Source of the DNA: Amoeboradix gromovi X-113
Taxonomy: Eukaryota > Fungi > Sanchytriomycota
Assembly: GCA_018985225.1 (NCBI GenBank)
Contig: JADGIF010000432.1
Location: 1-8,679, forward strand
Reading direction: 5' to 3'
DNA: 8,679 bases
Shown here: positions 6,699 to 8,679 of the stretch, in pieces
How the letters are laid out: each line of letters opens with the position of its first letter
Position numbering within the stretch: position 1 is the stretch's first letter
Translations under genes and position numbers: made by a program
The notes under the pieces: generated by a model
What the model was told of the DNA's origin: nothing
Database searches by the model: none
What the model saw: the letters and a program-made list of their open reading frames with translations, nothing else

Positions 6699-7467
6699 CT
6701 ATTTATTATTTTTGTTTAATCCGTCTTTTGATTTACCTTTAGGTATTTTACTTGCAAATGACTTGAACCATGTGCGGTCACCGCTTTTAGTCAAAACTCT
6801 TTTGTACCGATCAATGAACACTATTTGCAGATTGTTAAATGCGCCACGCCTTTTTTCTCTGATAAAATCAATGGCATCCAAGTTCTGCATGCCGTGCTCA
6901 ATTAAAGCAATTGCAATTAAAACAGGAGCACGACCCATCCCTGCTACACAGTGAACTGCGATAGTGGGACGATCTGTATTTAAATTTAGAGATCCTCTAC
7001 TAGACTGTAAATCGGAAGGAGGAATAAACTTTTGCTTCATTGGAAATACATCACTAAAACGATCGGAAACTAAGCCCTAAATTAGCAAAAACCACCAGAA
7101 ATTTTAGAACAACAGCTTGAGGAGGAGTACCTCCATCGATATAAGGTACATCTAGAACATTGATACCTTCACTGAGAAGTGATTTCGTAGTATAAGTAGG
7201 TTCGCAAACACGGACAACATCACTGACTTTGTATTTTTTAAATTCAGCGAGAATCGCGGAAAGTGTAGATTCTGTGGGACAATCTAGTATGATGAATTGT
7301 AAACCATTGTATTCAATTACACTAAAAATACGCTTCAAGTCAAACTTGATTCCAGAAGCTGGGGGAATAGAAGAGCTCACGGATGCGGCAATAGAGGGCG
7401 GTTTTGAATCCAGAGGCTTATCAATTTTCTCTTTATCAGTTTTGCGGAATAATTTAGAAAAGGGCAT
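6699..7467 (-). CDS. PTP4A: PRL / PTP4A-family protein tyrosine phosphatase; exons 7467..7096 and 7076..6699, 249 aa
   Basis: IEY....F.I.DCP...[16 protein letters not shown], active site [23 protein letters not shown]...[15 protein letters not shown]. Removing 7077..7095 joins the two ORFs as ...VVLKFL|[17 protein letters not shown]... Confidence 0.93.
6702..6707 (-). terminator. Putative poly(A) signal encoded in the last two codons of the PRL gene
   Basis: Minus strand AAT AAA TAG (Asn-Lys-stop). Confidence 0.45.
7077..7095 (-). other. 19-nt spliceosomal intron (phase 0) in the PRL phosphatase
   Basis: Minus strand GTGGTTTTTGCTAATTTAG; CTAAT at positions 11-15; restores the frame. A second GT 3 nt downstream (16-nt intron, adds one Val) is also frame-compatible; 19 nt is preferred by analogy with the other two. 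Confidence 0.85.
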
Positions 7468-8219
7468 AATTCATAAATTGTTTTCAGGAGAGAAAGTTTC
7501 AAGCTTTTAAACCACGTTGAAACTTCAGTGTCATATTTATGGCCCGATAAGAAGGTCTCGCTTTCTCTATAACACTAAAATTTTGAGTATGGTAATATGA
7601 ATCCTTAATATATCTATCAGTTTGCCACTCACTTGAAGACTGCTCATCAACAATAGTCCTGGTTTAATCGTGAATAAGGAATCTACTCAGAGAAACCAGC
7701 AAAGCTAGACCAACTATTGTGTTGCTTGCTGACATTTCGCTGCTTCAAGTCAGATGTATACACTTGAGGTAACACGTTTGACATCTTTGACTTCACATAC
7801 TCTAACTGTTTTTAAGGTTGGGTACAAAGATAAAAAGAAAAATATGAACAAAAAAAGACAGAAATTTTTATTGGAAAATACAGATGAAAAATCACTTTGG
7901 CTAACTTGTCATCGTAAAGTTCTTGCAGCTGATTTCAGAACATGCAAGCTATGTTACTTGGCCATCAGTTAATGCTGCAGTTGTCAGTCGCAACCTTTAT
8001 CTGTAAGCAAAAACGATAATTCTCTTGTTGTTGAAATTTTAATCTGAACATCTCAACAGCAGCTACTACGCTATTCCAGCACATCTCTGCATGTCCAAAG
8101 ATGAATTGTGTTATTTGACCTCGTTCTACACGATTTTACGATAAAGCTCTTGTTCATACGTGATGGATAGTCTTATGGTGCAATGTTAAAGTTACATTGC
8201 GATATAGAAACTCCCTGAA

Positions 8220-8679
8220 ATGTTAACTGTTATGGTACTTGTTAGTGCAATTGTGAATGCGATGGGTGGCCTTAGTGCCTACTCAACTGCTGCATATAAA
8301 GCAAAGGCAGAATTAATGAAACATTTTACAGAGCCTTCTTTTAGTGACGAGAAGCTCCTGTTGAGTTGTATGATGGATCCCGAGGCATCTGAATGCTTTG
8401 GCAGTATTGGTTATGACAAGTTAATTGAGGAGTCCAGAAACGGCTTTGTTAGACAGCAATTGAATGGTATTTTCAGTGACCAGGAAGTAATCCAGCAGGC
8501 GGAAATCTTAAAAGCACGCTATCCTGACTCGCTTGACGAACATAGTGCTCTGATGAGTACTGCAGTATCCAAATTTGGCGTTCCTGTTTGTGCTGCCCCT
8601 GGTACTAACTCCATCCATAGAGATTTAAAAAAAAGAAATGGTTATGGCATGGGTGCTCTTGCTCTCGGCTGTGCGGCAG
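8220..8679 (+). CDS. Hypothetical secreted preproprotein, 3'-truncated by the window edge (at least 153 aa)
   Basis: Stop-free frame from ATG 8220 to the window end: MLTVMVLVSAIVNAMGGLSAYSTAAYKAKAELMKHF...SIHRDLKKRNGYGMGALALGCAA; signal-peptide-like N-terminus and a dibasic LKKR site. Absent from the ORF track because there is no stop in the window. No family recognised. Confidence 0.75.
   Translation, partial: MLTVMVLVSAIVNAMGGLSAYSTAAYKAKAELMKHFTEPSFSDEKLLLSCMMDPEASECFGSIGYDKLIEESRNGFVRQQLNGIFSDQEVIQQAEILKARYPDSLDEHSALMSTAVSKFGVPVCAAPGTNSIHRDLKKRNGYGMGALALGCAA

Noticed and set aside
214-7510. Other short ORFs in the track (214..414, 1471..1725, 4212..4460, 5031..5309, 5749..5946, 5951..6226, 6712..6954, 7229..7510)
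   Set aside because: All overlap well-supported genes in antisense or alternative frames and show no recognisable motifs.
7754-7972. 72-aa ORF in the long spacer
   Set aside because: Lys-rich because of A-tracts, no recognisable domain, and no AATAAA near its stop unlike the real genes.
8180-8200. Inverted repeat GCAATGT-N7-ACATTGC upstream of the 8220 gene
   Set aside because: A single 7-bp stem is expected by chance in a window this size; no supporting evidence.
1-8679. Chlorarachniophyte nucleomorph origin (also has introns of about 19 nt)
   Set aside because: Low intron density, a fungal-type CTNAT branch motif, and genes for secreted hydrolases, a Kre9-like GPI protein, FAM72 and PRL do not fit a nucleomorph. 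Not formally excluded without phylogeny.

Overview
AT-rich (roughly mid-30s % GC by eye), very gene-dense eukaryotic nuclear DNA. It is most consistent with a compact-genome early-diverging fungus or other holomycotan (inferred from gene content: Kre9/Knh1-like GPI protein, FAM72, Glo3-type ArfGAP, PRL phosphatase). It holds seven complete genes and one 3'-truncated gene: V-ATPase subunit C (+), a small Ser/Thr-rich GPI-anchored protein (+), FAM72 (+), two tandem DUF2235/Tle1-like alpha/beta hydrolases with short hydrophobic leaders (-), ArfGAP Glo3 (+), PRL/PTP4A phosphatase (-) and an unknown secreted preproprotein missing from the ORF track (+, from 8220). The main observation is that three conserved genes that look broken in the ORF track are each repaired by removing a 19-nt, phase-0 GT...AG intron. 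All three share a fixed-position CTNAT branch-like motif fused to the acceptor (GT-N8-CTNATWTAG), i.e. ultrasmall fixed-length spliceosomal introns. AATAAA is also fused or adjacent to the stop codon in 6 of 7 complete genes. The genetic code appears standard. No RNA genes, mobile elements or CRISPR arrays were recognised.
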